A stretch of 64,000 bases of DNA from an uncultured bacterium (GTDB lineage: Bacteria; Krumholzibacteriota; Krumholzibacteriia; JACNKJ01). The first letter of the stretch is position 1. The number at the start of each line of letters is the position of its first letter. Below the pieces are notes generated by a model that saw nothing but the letters and a program-made list of their open reading frames with translations, had not been told where the DNA came from and did no database searches. The stretch covers positions 1,536,001 through 1,600,000 of the forward strand of contig CAVOFT010000001.1 of assembly GCA_963695095.1 (NCBI GenBank), in the 5' to 3' direction. Of this stretch, positions 37,558-50,535 are shown in pieces. The position numbers were made by a program, and so were the translations under genes.

Positions 37558-38769
37558 ATGACTCGATCGTCACGCCGCCATGATGGGCTCACGCTCACCC
37601 TGCTGATCCTCGTGCTGATGGCCGCCCGCATCGCTCGCGCCCAGGGCGGCGGGGCCGAGGGCGAGTGGATCGACCTGGAGCCGCTGCGGGAAGCGCGGAC
37701 CGCCACGCCGGCGACCGCAGCCCCGGCCGCGACGGCCCCGGCCGGCAAGGCGAAGGCCCCCGCAGTGGCCGCGCCCGCCGCCACGCCGGAGCCTGCCGCC
37801 GTCAAGCCGGCCGCCGACCGGCCGCCCGTCGAGCTGCCCCGCCGCTTCATCTGGAAGGGGGCGCCCACGGAGCTGGGTCGCGTGGGCTACGTCTATCTCG
37901 GCGACTACTACTACGTCGAGGAGCGCGATCCGGCCAAGGCCGAGCTCTGCTACGAGTACGCGCTGAAGCCCTGGCCCGAGTGCGGGCCCATCCAGACACG
38001 CCTGGAGCTGCTCAGCCTCTTCACGGGCGACTGGCTGCGCGCCGCCGCCTCCATGCAGGTGGGCTTCGACCAGAGCGCCCCGCCGCCGGTCCTGCAGGAC
38101 TACGGGCTGACGCGGGAGAGCCCGCTGCTCTCCAATGATGAGGAGGACGTGCCGGCCGTGCCGGCCATCCTCTTTCGCCAGGCCCTGGGCCAGGCGCGGC
38201 AGCTCGAGCTGGCGCCCGAGGACGAGCCCGCCCGCAGCTTCCTCGTCGGCCGCCTGCTGGCCTTCCTCGGCGAGCGCGAGGAGGCGATTCGCGTGCTGGG
38301 GCCCGTGGCCCTGGCCGGCGACGAGGAGGCCGGCCCCTGGAACTTCCAGGCGGCCAGCCAGCGCGCCGCGCTCTACCTGGCCAACTGGCAACCCGAGCTG
38401 GCCTACATGAACCTGCTGCGCGCGAGGGATCTCGTCGGCGAACACCCCCTGCTCATGCAGCGCATCGCCGCTCTCGAGGAGGAGATGGCCCTCGCGGCCC
38501 TGCCCGGGGCGGGGACGCAGGCCCAGGCCATCGTGCGCATTCTCGGCCGACAGGGGCAGGGCCGCTGGATCCTGAGCCCGCCCGGCGAGGCCTTCGCCGG
38601 CCGGGTGGAGGTGGCGGCCGTGGGCGGCGAGGCGCCCGCGGGCTTCAAGCCCCACCTGCTCTACCGCGGCCGCGACTACTGGCTGATGACGGCGCCGCTG
38701 GGCAGCGGCGCGCCGAACTGGGAAGCCGGCACCAAGGTGACCCTGATCGGCAGCCGCCGCGAGGGCTAG
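37558..38769 (+). CDS. Hypothetical exported protein, Ala/Pro linker and TPR-like helices
   Basis: Signal-like N-terminus, coding-like codon usage, stop overlaps the mce stop. Confidence 0.6.
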   Translation: MTRSSRRHDGLTLTLLILVLMAARIARAQGGGAEGEWIDLEPLREARTATPATAAPAATAPAGKAKAPAVAAPAATPEPAAVKPAADRPPVELPRRFIWKGAPTELGRVGYVYLGDYYYVEERDPAKAELCYEYALKPWPECGPIQTRLELLSLFTGDWLRAAASMQVGFDQSAPPPVLQDYGLTRESPLLSNDEEDVPAVPAILFRQALGQARQLELAPEDEPARSFLVGRLLAFLGEREEAIRVLGPVALAGDEEAGPWNFQAASQRAALYLANWQPELAYMNLLRARDLVGEHPLLMQRIAALEEEMALAALPGAGTQAQAIVRILGRQGQGRWILSPPGEAFAGRVEVAAVGGEAPAGFKPHLLYRGRDYWLMTAPLGSGAPNWEAGTKVTLIGSRREG

Positions 38770-39206
38770 CGCGCCTGGGGGTACTCGACCAGCTCCAGCA
38801 GCACCCCGTGCGTATCGCGGGGGTGCAGGAAGCAGATCTTCAGTCCGCCGGCGCCCCGGCTGGGCGGTCCCAGGGGGCGGATGCCGTGGCTGGCCAGGGT
38901 CTTGAGGGCCCCGGCGAGATCCGCGACCTCGAAGGCCATCTGCTGCAGGCCCTCGCCGCGCTTGTCGAGGAAGCGCGCGATGGGGCTCTCCTCGCCCAGC
39001 GGCGCGAGCAGCTCGAGGCGGCAGTTGCCGGCATCGAGCATGATCAGCTCCACGCCCTGCTCGGGCAGCCGCTCCCTGGCCAGCTCCTTGAAGCCGAGAA
39101 TGTCCACGTAGCGGATGCGCGCGGCCTCGAGGTCCTCGACGGCCAGGCCCAGGTGATCCAGGCGGCGGAAGACCCCCGCCGGGAGCTGCTCGCTGTAGCG
39201 CTTCAT
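38766..39206 (-). CDS. mce: Methylmalonyl-CoA epimerase
   Basis: DHLGLAV, ELLAP...SPIARFLDKRGEGL, FLHP..THGVLLELVE; follows the mutase gene. Confidence 0.9.
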   Translation of the reverse strand: MKRYSEQLPAGVFRRLDHLGLAVEDLEAARIRYVDILGFKELARERLPEQGVELIMLDAGNCRLELLAPLGEESPIARFLDKRGEGLQQMAFEVADLAGALKTLASHGIRPLGPPSRGAGGLKICFLHPRDTHGVLLELVEYPQAR

Positions 39207-39213
39207 CGCGGTC

Positions 39214-40880
<1,667 letters not shown>

Positions 40881-40884
<4 letters not shown>

Positions 40885-41414
40885 GGTCCCTCCTGGATCA
40901 CCCGCGCGAGGACGGCGCCCGTCTCCACGAGCTGGCCCTCGCTGACGAGCAGCTCCTGCACCAGTCCGTCCTGCTCGCTGGCCAGTTCGTTCTGCATCTT
41001 CATCGCCTCGAGGATGACCAGTCCCTGCCCGCGGGCGACGCGCTCGCCGACCTCGGCCAGGGCGCGCAGGACGATGCCCGGCATCGGCGCGCGCAGCTCG
41101 AAGACGCCGGTCGGCCGCGCGGCGGCCGTGATCTGCTCGGCGACGGCCTCCAGCTCATCGCGCACGCCGAGCTCGATCTGCTCGCCGATGGCGCCGATGA
41201 CGAGCCGGCCGGTCTGCCAGTCCGCGGCGACGAGGTCGACGAGATAGGAGTGATCGCCGACGATGAGCGAGTAGAGCTCGTCCTTCTCGAGCACGATCTG
41301 CTCCACTAGATGCTCCGCCCCGTCTACTGCTATGGCCCAGCGCCCGCCGCGCGGCTCGACGCTGACCACCTTGACGACCCCGCCGACGCGCACATGGTAA
41401 CGAGTGGCGCTCAT
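40881..41414 (-). CDS. Biotin carboxyl carrier protein
   Basis: APMPG...LEAMKMQNE; start overlaps the biotin carboxylase stop. Confidence 0.9.
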
Positions 41415-42934
41415 GCGTGGCTCCTGCGCGCGATGGCTTCGCGGCGCCCGACCTGCCGCCAGCGGCTGGGCTGGCAATCGCGGGCCGCGGCCTCGTCGAA
41501 GTTCAGGCGGCGGGCGTGCTGATGGTAGGCGAGCACGGCGGCGAGCACGGCCACCGCCGGCACGCGCGGGTCCTCGGCGATCTCGTCCGCCTTGAAATGC
41601 TCGTCGATGAAGTGCGTGTCGCAGTCGCCGGCGGCGAAAGCGGGCTGGCGCAGCAGCCACTGGTGGAAGGGGATGTTCGTCTTGATCCCCGCGATGACGA
41701 ATTCCTGGAAGGCCTGCCGGGCGCGGGCGATCGTGTCCGCGCGGTCTTCGCCCTGGATGACCAGCTTGCTGAGCAGGGGGTCGTAGTAGACGGGCACCTC
41801 GTACTTCTCGTAGATGCCGCTGTCGTGGCGCACGCCGGGCCCGGCCGGCTCGCGCAGGCACAGGATCTTGCCCGTCGAGGGCAGGAAGCCGTGCTCGGGG
41901 TCCTCGGCGTAGATGCGAAACTCCATCGCCCAGCCGCGGCGGGTCACCTGCTCCTGCGTGAGGGGCAGGGGCTCGCCCGCCGCCACCATGAACTGCAACT
42001 TGACCAGGTCGAGGCCCGTCACCAGCTCGGTCACCGGGTGCTCCACCTGCAGGCGCGTGTTCATCTCGAGGAAGTAGAAGCTGCGCGCCGCATCGACGAT
42101 GAACTCCACCGTGCCCGCGCCTTGGTAGTCCACGGCGCGGGCGGCCTGCACGGCCATGGCGCCCATCGCCTCGCGCATCTCGGGCGTGACGAAGGGACTG
42201 GGGCTCTCCTCGACCACCTTCTGGTGCCGCCGCTGGATGGAGCACTCGCGCTCGCCGAGGTGGATGCAGCCGCCGTGGGCGTCGGCCATCACCTGGATCT
42301 CGATGTGCCGCGGCCGCTCGATGTACTTCTCGACGAAGACGGCCTCGTCGGCGAAGGCCTTGCCGGCCTCCTCGCGCGTCGCGCGCAGGGCGGCGGCCAG
42401 CTGCGCCGGATCGCGGACCACGCGCATGCCCTTGCCGCCGCCGCCGGCCGCGGCCTTGAGCATGACGGGATAGCCGATCGCGGCGGCCAGGCGGGCGGCC
42501 TCATCCGGCTCCGCCACCGCGCCCTCGCTGCCTGGGATCACGCGCACGCCGGCGGCGATCATGAGGGCGCGCGCCCGGAGCTTGTTGCCCATGGCGGCCA
42601 TCGCGGCGGCGGGCGGACCGACGAAGGCCAGGCCGGCCGCGGCCAGCGCCTCGGCGAAGGCTGGGTTCTCCGAGAGGAAGCCGTAGCCGGGGTGCACGGC
42701 GTCGGCGCCCGCGCGGCGGGCGGCATCGACGATCTTGTCGATGCGCAGGTAGCTTTCTGCCGACGTGACGCCGCCCAGGGGCAGCGCCTGGTCGGCGAAG
42801 AAGACGTGGGGCGCCTGGCGGTCGGGATCGCTGTAGACGGCCACCGTCTCGATGCCGAGCTTCCTCGCCGTGCGCATCACGCGCAGGGCGATCTCGCCGC
42901 GGTTCGCCACCAGGACCTTGTGTAGGGGGGGCAT
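41411..42934 (-). CDS. accC: Biotin carboxylase subunit of acetyl/propionyl-CoA carboxylase
   Basis: ANRGEIALR, HPGYGFLSEN, GGGGKGMR, ECSIQRRHQK, EMNTRLQVEHPVTE. Confidence 0.93.
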   Translation of the reverse strand: MPPLHKVLVANRGEIALRVMRTARKLGIETVAVYSDPDRQAPHVFFADQALPLGGVTSAESYLRIDKIVDAARRAGADAVHPGYGFLSENPAFAEALAAAGLAFVGPPAAAMAAMGNKLRARALMIAAGVRVIPGSEGAVAEPDEAARLAAAIGYPVMLKAAAGGGGKGMRVVRDPAQLAAALRATREEAGKAFADEAVFVEKYIERPRHIEIQVMADAHGGCIHLGERECSIQRRHQKVVEESPSPFVTPEMREAMGAMAVQAARAVDYQGAGTVEFIVDAARSFYFLEMNTRLQVEHPVTELVTGLDLVKLQFMVAAGEPLPLTQEQVTRRGWAMEFRIYAEDPEHGFLPSTGKILCLREPAGPGVRHDSGIYEKYEVPVYYDPLLSKLVIQGEDRADTIARARQAFQEFVIAGIKTNIPFHQWLLRQPAFAAGDCDTHFIDEHFKADEIAEDPRVPAVAVLAAVLAYHQHARRLNFDEAAARDCQPSRWRQVGRREAIARRSHA

Positions 42935-42947
42935 CGGGGCTCCCGGG

Positions 42948-44498
42948 CTAGAGGGGAAGGTTGCCGTGCTTCTTGGGCGGCAGCTGCTGGTGCTTGCCGG
43001 CCAGGCTCTGCAGGCCGGCGATCAGCTTCTGCCGCGTCTCGCGGGGCAGGATGACGTCGTCGATGAAGCCCGCCTCCGCGGCGAGATAGGGGTGCGCGAA
43101 TTGCTCGTTGTAGCGCTGGATCAGCTCGGCCCGGCGCGCGACCGGATCTGCCGCCTCGGCCAGCTCCTTGCGGTAGAGGATGTTCACGGCGCCCTCGGCG
43201 CCCATCACGGCGAGCTCGGCCGTCGGCCAGGCGTAGTTGAGGTCGGCGCGGATGTGCTTGGAGCTCATGACGTCGTAGGCGCCGCCGTAGGCCTTGCGGA
43301 TCACTACCGTCAGCTTGGGCACGGTGGCCTCGCAGTAGGCGTAGAGCAGCTTGGCCCCGTGCTTGATGATGCCGCCGAATTCCTGGTCGGTGCCGGGCAG
43401 GAAGCCGGGCACGTCCTCGAAGGTGACGAGCGGAATGTTGAAGGCGTCGCAGAAGCGCACGAAGCGCGCGGCCTTGAGGCTGGCCGCGATGTCCAGCGCG
43501 CCGGCCATCGTCTTGGACTGGTTGGCCACCACGCCCACGCTCTGGCCGCCCAGCCGCGCGAAGCCGACCACGATGTTGCGCGCGTAGTCCTTCTGCACCT
43601 GGAAGAAGCTCCCCCTGTCCATCACGCGCTCGATGACTTCCACCACGTCGAAGGTGCGCTTGGGATCCGAGGGGATGATCGTGTCCAGGGCCTCGTCCTG
43701 GCGGTCGAAGGGATCGTCGGTCTCCACGCGCGGCGGGTCGTCGAGGTTGTTCGAGGGCAGGTAGCTGAGTAGCTTCTTGACCTGCAGCAGGGCGTCCTGG
43801 TCGCTGGTCGCCGAGAAGTGGGCCACGCCGCTCTTGGCATTGTGCGTGCCGGCGCCGCCCAGCTCCTCGAAGCTGACCTCCTCGCCCGTGACCATCTTGA
43901 TCACGTTCGGGCCGGTCACGAACATGTGGCTGGTGCCCTCGACCATGAGGATGAAGTCCGTGATCGCCGGGCTGTAGACGGCCCCGCCCGCGCAGGGACC
44001 CATGATCACGCTGATCTGGGGGATGACGCCGCTGGCCAGCGTGTTGCGCAGGAAGATGTCCGCGTAGCCGCCCAGCGAGTAGACCCCCTCCTGGATGCGC
44101 GCGCCGCCCGAGTCGTTGAGGCCGATCACCGGGGCGCCGCCCTGCAGGGCGAGATCCATCAGGCGGCAGATCTTGGCCGCGTTGGCCTCGCTCATCGTGC
44201 CTCCGAAGACCGTGAAATCCTGCGCGAAGGCGTAGACGAGCCGGCCCGCCACGCGCCCGAAGCCGGCCACGACGCCGTCGCCCACGGGCTTGTTGTCGGC
44301 GATCCCGGGATCCGCCGAGCGGTGGGTGACGAAGACGCCCAGCTCCTGGAAGCTGCCCTTGTCGAAGAGCAGGTGGATCCGCTCGTGGGCGGTCAGGCGG
44401 CCGGAGGCGTGGAGCTTGTCGATGCGCTCCTGGCCGCCGCCCAGGCGCGCCGCGGCGCGCTTGGCTTCCAGGCGGCGGAAGACGTCGTCGTGGGCCAT
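42948..44498 (-). CDS. pccB: Propionyl-CoA carboxylase beta (carboxyltransferase) subunit
   Basis: [46 protein letters not shown]. Confidence 0.93.
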   Translation of the reverse strand: MAHDDVFRRLEAKRAAARLGGGQERIDKLHASGRLTAHERIHLLFDKGSFQELGVFVTHRSADPGIADNKPVGDGVVAGFGRVAGRLVYAFAQDFTVFGGTMSEANAAKICRLMDLALQGGAPVIGLNDSGGARIQEGVYSLGGYADIFLRNTLASGVIPQISVIMGPCAGGAVYSPAITDFILMVEGTSHMFVTGPNVIKMVTGEEVSFEELGGAGTHNAKSGVAHFSATSDQDALLQVKKLLSYLPSNNLDDPPRVETDDPFDRQDEALDTIIPSDPKRTFDVVEVIERVMDRGSFFQVQKDYARNIVVGFARLGGQSVGVVANQSKTMAGALDIAASLKAARFVRFCDAFNIPLVTFEDVPGFLPGTDQEFGGIIKHGAKLLYAYCEATVPKLTVVIRKAYGGAYDVMSSKHIRADLNYAWPTAELAVMGAEGAVNILYRKELAEAADPVARRAELIQRYNEQFAHPYLAAEAGFIDDVILPRETRQKLIAGLQSLAGKHQQLPPKKHGNLPL

Positions 44499-44546
44499 CG
44501 AAGTCCTTGGGAAAGGGTAAGATGCGCCTCTCAGCGCACAGGGCGC

Positions 44547-44575
44547 AGTCTAGCGAGCGCGGCGGGCAGCGTCAA
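44547..44575 (-). promoter_or_regulatory. Sigma70-type promoter of the pccB-accC-BCCP-mutase-mce operon
   Basis: Minus strand TTGACG-N17-TAGACT. Confidence 0.65.
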
Positions 44576-44651
44576 GACAGGCTCCGGGCTGGAATTCCCG
44601 GCGGCGCCGGGCTATCCTCCCGGCCTCGAACCCCAGCCAGGGAGCCCCGCC

Positions 44652-46148
44652 ATGCGCCGATTCGCCGCCCTCTTCGCCACCCTGCTCGCTTTTGCCGCTC
44701 TGCCCGCCGACGCCCTCGCCGAGGAGGCCTGGACCGCCGAGAGCTTCAAGGCCGAGTTCGGCAAGACCTTCGCCATCGCCGATGCCCTCGCGCTCTGCAG
44801 GCAGGCGACCGCGGCCAGCGAGGATCCCGCCCTCCAGCGGCTGATCCTCGAGCGCTGGAAGGGCGTGGACCCTGCAGATGCCGAGGCCTACTACGCCGCG
44901 CGGCAGGGCGAGCAGCCCCGGTCGGCCCTGGCCGCCGTGCTGCGCGGCCAGGCGAGCCAGGAGCCCCTGGACGCCCTCACCTGGGCCCGCCACGCGCTCG
45001 CGCTCGAGCCGGCCAACCTCGGCGCCTACGAGCTGCTCACGGGCGTCTATCAGCGCGAGCTCTTTCGGGCCTCCGCGCCCAAGGCGGGCATCGCCGAGGC
45101 CTTCAGCCAGGACAAGGAGGCCTTCGCCCGTTACCTGACCCTCAGCGGCGAGACCCCCGAGGCACAGGCGGCGATGGCGAACTTTCTCCTCCACACGGGC
45201 GATGCCGATGGCGCCCTGGCCCTCCACGAGCGGGCGCGGGCGGCCGGCGCCCGCTGGGCGACGGACATGGAAGCCGCGCGCATCCAGATCTACCGCGGCC
45301 GCTACGAGGAGGCCAAGGCGCAGCTGACGGCGGCCATCGACGCCCTGGTCGCCGCGGGCCGCGTGGGTCCCGGCGATCGCGCCCAGTACGTCGACTACTA
45401 CTGGGCCAATGGCCTGCGCGAGGCGAAGGTCTACGCGATCCTGCTCGCCGAGCAGCGGGCGCAGGCGACGCCCGGCGGCGAAGGACTGGCGGGGCGGCTC
45501 TACGACATCGCCTGCCTGGAGGCCCTGCTCGGCCACCGCGAGGCGGCCTTCGCCGCGCTCCGCGAGGCGGCAGCGGCGGGCTACGCCGACGGCGGACACC
45601 TGGCGGAGGATCCCGATCTCGTCGCCCTGCACGAGGCGCCGGCCTGGGCCGAGATCGAGGCGGCGGTGGAGGCCAATCACGCCGCCGGTCGCGCGGCGCT
45701 GAAGGCCGAGGTGATGGCCACGATGATCGATCGCGAGGCGCCCGCCTGGACCCTGCGCACGCTGGCGGGCGACAGCCTCAGCCTGGCGGACCTGCGCGGC
45801 CAGGTGCTCATTCTCGACTTCTGGGCCACCTGGTGCGGGCCCTGCCGCATGGCCATGCCCGTGCTCGACCAGTGGATCGAGACCGAGAAACCGGAGGGGG
45901 TGCGCGTCTTCTCGGTGAACGTCTGGGAGCAGACGCCGGCGGGGGCGGCGGCCTACCTGGCGCGCAACGGCTACGCGATGGAGCTGCTCTACGGCGACGA
46001 CGCGCTGGCCAAGGCCTACGGCGTCGACGGCATTCCCTACATCTGCGCCATCGATCGGGCAGGCAAGATCCGCTTCGAGGAAAAGGGCTACTCGCCCGAG
46101 CTGGGCGGCAAGATCGCGCTCTGGGCTGCGGCTCTTGTCAGGGAGTAG
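44652..46148 (+). CDS. Exported TPR protein with C-terminal TlpA-family thiol-disulfide reductase domain
   Basis: Signal peptide; YDIAC...EDPDL TPR-end motif; LDFWATWCGPC. Confidence 0.85.
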   Translation: MRRFAALFATLLAFAALPADALAEEAWTAESFKAEFGKTFAIADALALCRQATAASEDPALQRLILERWKGVDPADAEAYYAARQGEQPRSALAAVLRGQASQEPLDALTWARHALALEPANLGAYELLTGVYQRELFRASAPKAGIAEAFSQDKEAFARYLTLSGETPEAQAAMANFLLHTGDADGALALHERARAAGARWATDMEAARIQIYRGRYEEAKAQLTAAIDALVAAGRVGPGDRAQYVDYYWANGLREAKVYAILLAEQRAQATPGGEGLAGRLYDIACLEALLGHREAAFAALREAAAAGYADGGHLAEDPDLVALHEAPAWAEIEAAVEANHAAGRAALKAEVMATMIDREAPAWTLRTLAGDSLSLADLRGQVLILDFWATWCGPCRMAMPVLDQWIETEKPEGVRVFSVNVWEQTPAGAAAYLARNGYAMELLYGDDALAKAYGVDGIPYICAIDRAGKIRFEEKGYSPELGGKIALWAAALVRE

Positions 46149-46191
46149 GCGCCGGCCTTCAGCGGGCCGCCTGCCAGGCCGCGGGCGCCCG

Positions 46192-47152
46192 TCAGGGCGC
46201 GACGCACCAGGGTAGCGCGTCCAGGTCCACGTTGCCGCCGCTGAGCACGAGACCGACGCGCCGGCCGCGGAAGCGTGCGGGGGCGCCGAGCACCGCGGCC
46301 AGGGGCACCGCGCCGGAAGGCTCCACGACGATCTTCAGGCGCTCCCAGATCAGGCGCATGGCCGCCACGATCTCTTCCTCGCTCACCGTGATGATTCCGC
46401 CGAGCAGCCTTCTTAAGATGGGGAAATTCCGCTCGCCGAGGGCCGTGCGCAGACCGTCGGCGCAGGTGCGCGGGTCGAGCTGCGGCAGGCGCTCGCCGGC
46501 GAGCAGCGAGCGAAAGGCGTCGTCAGCGCCCGCGGGCTCGGCGCCGAGGATCTCCGCGCGCGGCGCGAGGGCTGCCGTGGCGATTGCGCAGCCCGCGGAG
46601 AGGCCGCCGCCGCCGACGGGGATCACGATCGCCTGCAGGTCCGGCGCCTCCTGCCAGAGCTCGAGAGCCGCGGTGCCCTGGCCGGCGATGATCGCGTAGT
46701 CGTCGTAGGGGTGGATGAAGCGGGCGCCGGTCTCGGCCTGGACGCGCGCGGCCGTCTCCTCGCGCGCGGCGAGCGTGGGGGCGCAGATCGTGATCTCGCC
46801 GCCGTAGGCGCGCACGGCGGCCTGCTTCACGGCGGGGGCGTTCTCGGGCATGACGATGTGCGCTGCCACGCCCCGCTCCCGCGCGGCCAGCGCCAGCGCC
46901 GCCGCGAAGTTGCCCGAGGAGTGGGTGAGGACGCCGCCGGCGGCCTCGCGGTCCGAGAGCGAGAGCACTGCGTTCATGGCGCCGCGGATCTTGAAAGAAC
47001 CCGTGCGCTGGAAGTTCTCGCACTTGAAGGCGAGGGCGCTGCCCGTGAGGGCATCCAGCCCCGCGCTGAGCAGCACCGGCGTGCGGTGGATGCGCCCGGC
47101 GAGCCGCGCCGCGGCGGCCTCGATGCTGGCTGAGCGTGGGTTCGTCCTGCAT
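46192..47152 (-). CDS. PLP-dependent serine racemase/threonine dehydratase-family enzyme; apparent frameshift near 47128
   Basis: KCENFQRTGSFKIRGA, HSSGN, PVGGGGL, VEPSGA, SGGNVD; N-terminus MQDEPTL lies in another frame. Confidence 0.88.
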
Positions 47153-47248
47153 GGCGCTCCTTCCGATCCGCCCCCCGGGGCGGCTGCCAGCATAGCGCGA
47201 CGGCGCGGCTTGTCACGCGGCAAGTGCCGCACGGGGCGAGCGCCCGCC

Positions 47249-47277
47249 TTGACCGCGCGCGGCGCCTCGCCTAGACT
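47249..47277 (+). promoter_or_regulatory. Sigma70-type promoter of the enoyl-CoA hydratase
   Basis: TTGACC-N17-TAGACT. Confidence 0.6.
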
Positions 47278-47331
47278 GGCCGCGCCCCCTCGACATCGCG
47301 CCACGGTTCCCCACACGCTGCGAGGAGCGCC

Positions 47332-48123
47332 ATGCCCTTCGAGAATCTCTCCCTGCGCCACGAGGGCGCCCTGAGCTGGCTGACGATCGAGCGCCCCCAG
47401 GCCCTGAACGCCTTGAACGCCGCCCTGCTGGCCGAACTCGACGCGGCCCTCGACGAGATCCAGGCCTGCGCCCTCGCGGGCACGACGCGCGTGCTGGCGA
47501 TCACCGGCGCCGGCGAGAAGGCCTTCGTGGCCGGCGCCGACATCAGCGAGATCGCCCCCTTGCGGGGCCTCGCCGGCCAGGCCTTCGCGCGCCGCGGCCA
47601 GGCCCTGTTCGACCGCATCGAGAACCTGCCGATTCCCGTGGTCGCCGCCATCAACGGCTATGCGCTCGGCGGCGGCTGCGAGCTGGCCCTGGCCTGCCAC
47701 CTGCGCGTGGCGGCCGAGACGGCGGCCCTCGGCCTGCCGGAGGTCACGCTCGGCGTGATCCCGGGCTATGGCGGCACGCAGCGTTTGGCCCGGCAGCTCG
47801 GCATGGGCCGGGCCCTGGACCTCATCCTCACCGGACGCATGGTGAAGGCCCCCGAGGCCCTCGAGCTGGGCCTCGTCAACCGCGTGGTGCCGGCGGCGGA
47901 GCTGGCGGCTGCCGTGACGGCCCTGGCCGGCAAGCTGATGGCCGTGGGCCCCCTGGCCCAGCGGGCGGCCCTGGAGGCCGTCAGGGGCGGGCTGCAGAGC
48001 AGCCAGGCCGAGGGTCTGCGCCTGGAGGCCCAGCTCTTCGGCCTGCTCTGCGGCACGGGAGACATGCTGGAGGGCACGGCGGCCTTCCTCGAGAAGCGCA
48101 AGGCGGATTTCAAGGGCAAGTAA
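47332..48123 (+). CDS. crt: Enoyl-CoA hydratase (crotonase)
   Basis: AFVAGADI, NGYALGGGCELA, LPEVTLGVIPGYGGTQRL (both catalytic Glu present). Confidence 0.9.
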   Translation: MPFENLSLRHEGALSWLTIERPQALNALNAALLAELDAALDEIQACALAGTTRVLAITGAGEKAFVAGADISEIAPLRGLAGQAFARRGQALFDRIENLPIPVVAAINGYALGGGCELALACHLRVAAETAALGLPEVTLGVIPGYGGTQRLARQLGMGRALDLILTGRMVKAPEALELGLVNRVVPAAELAAAVTALAGKLMAVGPLAQRAALEAVRGGLQSSQAEGLRLEAQLFGLLCGTGDMLEGTAAFLEKRKADFKGK

Positions 48124-48238
48124 TGCCCTGCCAGGGGCTTGCGCGCGCCTTACGGCTTGACCGGAGGGCCTCCGGGGCCTTTACTATCGGTTCCGCGGCG
48201 GGCCTGGCAGCGCCGGCTGCCGCGGCGCTGCCGCCGGC

Positions 48239-48320
48239 GCGAGAGTGGCGGAATTGGCAGACGCGCGGGATTTAGGTTCCCGTGAGGAAACTCGTGGGGG
48301 TTCAAGTCCCCCCTCTCGCA
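48239..48320 (+). tRNA. tRNA-Leu (anticodon TAG)
   Basis: Acceptor GCGAGAG/CTCTCGC, anticodon arm CGGGA-TTTAGGT-TCCCG, long variable arm, T arm GGGGG-TTCAAGT-CCCCC; CCA not encoded. Confidence 0.95.
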
Positions 48321-48393
48321 CCCGAGCCCGGGCCGCCCGGCGGCCCCGCGTCCCCCGGGCCTCCGCAGCGGCGGCCCCACCTTAAGGAGCAGC

Positions 48394-49779
48394 ATGAGCA
48401 GCCAGCAGGCCGCCTCCGGCCCCAGCCCGGCGCCGCCCGAGCCCGAGCACAAAGAGCACAACCACGCTCCCCTGGTGGCCATCGCCTCGGTGGAAGTGGA
48501 GGAGACCAAGTCCTGGCAGCGGGTCGTCTCGGTGAAGCTGCCGGCGGCCGAGTGGCAGGCCGCGCGCGCCCACGTGCTCACCGGCGTGCGCCGCAAGGCC
48601 CAGGTGCCGGGCTTCCGCAAGGGCAAGGTGCCGCCGGCCATGGTGGAGAGCCTCTACGCCCGCGAGATCGTCATGGACGCCCTGGACTGGCTGCTGCCCC
48701 GCGCCTGGCACCAGGCCCTGCACGAGGTCACGCTGAACACCGTGAGCGAGCCCGACTACAGCGACATCGACCTGGGCGAGGAGAGCGGCGAGTTCAGCTT
48801 CAAGGCCACCGTCGAGGTGAGGCCCGAGGTGAAGATCGAGGGCTATCGCGGTCAATCCGTTACCGCTTACGAGGAAGAGGTGCCGGCCGACGGCGTCGAG
48901 CGCACGCTCGCCCAGCTCCAGGAGGCGCGGGCCGAGTTCGGCGCCGTGGAGCGGGCCGCCGCCGAGGGCGATCGTGTCACCGTGGACTTCCGCCAGGTGG
49001 ACGAGGGCGGCCTCGCCGTGCTCGGTACGGAGGTCAAGGACCACGTCTTCGAGCTGGGCAGCCCCTACGTGCTCGAGGCCTTCTCGACCGGTGTTCGGGG
49101 CATGGCGCCCGCGGAGGAACGGCGCTTTCCCGTCACCTATCCGGCCGACTACGACCAGGAATCCCTGGCCGGACAGACCCGGAACTTCCAGGTGACCCTC
49201 AAGGGCGTGGAGGCCAAGAGCCTGCCGGCCCTTGACGACGGCTTCGCAAGTGAAGTCGGTAAGTTCGAATCTTTGCAGCAGTTGCGCGATCAGGTGGGGG
49301 CCAACATCGAGGCCGAGATCCGCGATCGCAACCGGGGTCGCCTGGAGGCGGCCCTGGTCCGGGGCTTGCTCGAGAAGAATCCGTTCGAGTTGCCGCCCTC
49401 GATGGTGGCCAGCTACGTCGCCCACCTGATCAGCGATCAGGAGCGGCGCGGCGGGCGGGCCCTGGCCCAGGATGAGCGGCAGCAGGCGGTGGAGGGCCTG
49501 GCGCCCGGCGCCGAGCTGGCCATCAAGCGCTGGTTCATCCTCGACGCGGTGGCGAAGCAGGAGGCCCTGGCGGTGAGCGAGGCCGATTACGAGGGCCACC
49601 TGGACGCCCTGGCCGCGGCCGAGGGGCGGCCGGCCGCCGAGATCAGGAAGAGTGTCGAGCGGGCGGGCGCCGCCGGGCGCCTGCGCGAGGATCTGCTCCA
49701 CCGGAAGGTCTTTGCCTTCCTGGCCGAGCAGGCCCAGATTCAGCGGGCGCCGATTCCGCGCCCCGAGGCGGAGGCCTAG
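48394..49779 (+). CDS. tig: Trigger factor
   Basis: [10 protein letters not shown] signature, FKBP domain; position before clpP. Confidence 0.93.
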   Translation: MSSQQAASGPSPAPPEPEHKEHNHAPLVAIASVEVEETKSWQRVVSVKLPAAEWQAARAHVLTGVRRKAQVPGFRKGKVPPAMVESLYAREIVMDALDWLLPRAWHQALHEVTLNTVSEPDYSDIDLGEESGEFSFKATVEVRPEVKIEGYRGQSVTAYEEEVPADGVERTLAQLQEARAEFGAVERAAAEGDRVTVDFRQVDEGGLAVLGTEVKDHVFELGSPYVLEAFSTGVRGMAPAEERRFPVTYPADYDQESLAGQTRNFQVTLKGVEAKSLPALDDGFASEVGKFESLQQLRDQVGANIEAEIRDRNRGRLEAALVRGLLEKNPFELPPSMVASYVAHLISDQERRGGRALAQDERQQAVEGLAPGAELAIKRWFILDAVAKQEALAVSEADYEGHLDALAAAEGRPAAEIRKSVERAGAAGRLREDLLHRKVFAFLAEQAQIQRAPIPRPEAEA

Positions 49780-49820
49780 GGCCTCCACGAGCGCAGCCAA
49801 GTTCCAGAAAGGAAGGATCC

Positions 49821-50432
49821 ATGGGCTACATCCCGGTTCCGATGGTGATCGAGCAGTCCGGTCGCGGCGAGCGTGCCTACGACATTTACAGCCGCCTGCT
49901 CAAGGACCGCATCATCTTCATCGGCTCGCCGATCGACGACCACCTGGCGAACCTGGTCATCGCCCAGCTCCTGTTCCTCGACGCCGAGGACCCGGAGCGG
50001 GACATCAACATGTACATCAACTCGCCCGGGGGCAGCGTTTCGGCCGGGATGGCCATCTACGACACCATGCAGTACATCAAGGCCGACGCGGCGACGATCT
50101 GCATGGGCCTGGCCGCCAGCATGGGGGCCTTCCTGCTCGCGGCCGGCGCGGCGGGCAAGCGCAGCGCGCTGCCCCACGGCCGCATCATGATCCACCAGCC
50201 CAGCGGCGGGACCCAGGGCCAGGCCAGCAATATCGAGATCTACACGCGGGAAATTCTGAAGACGCGGGACGAGATCAATGCCCTCTTCGCCCGCCACACC
50301 GGCCAGCCGGTGGAGCGCATCGCCAAGGACAGCGACCGCGATTATTTCATGTCTGCCGTCGAGGCCAGGGATTACGGCATCGTCGACCGCGTGATCGAGA
50401 AGCAGGCCGGCGCGGAGCGCCAGAAGGACTAA
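49821..50432 (+). CDS. clpP: ATP-dependent Clp protease proteolytic subunit
   Basis: [30 protein letters not shown]. Confidence 0.97.
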   Translation: MGYIPVPMVIEQSGRGERAYDIYSRLLKDRIIFIGSPIDDHLANLVIAQLLFLDAEDPERDINMYINSPGGSVSAGMAIYDTMQYIKADAATICMGLAASMGAFLLAAGAAGKRSALPHGRIMIHQPSGGTQGQASNIEIYTREILKTRDEINALFARHTGQPVERIAKDSDRDYFMSAVEARDYGIVDRVIEKQAGAERQKD

Positions 50433-50535
50433 GCTTCGGCTTGGCGACGCCGGGCCGATGGACTATCTTTAGGGTTCCCAGGTGCGGGCAGGCGAGTCCG
50501 AGGCTCTCGGCGTCCCCGCATCGGAAGGCACGGCG

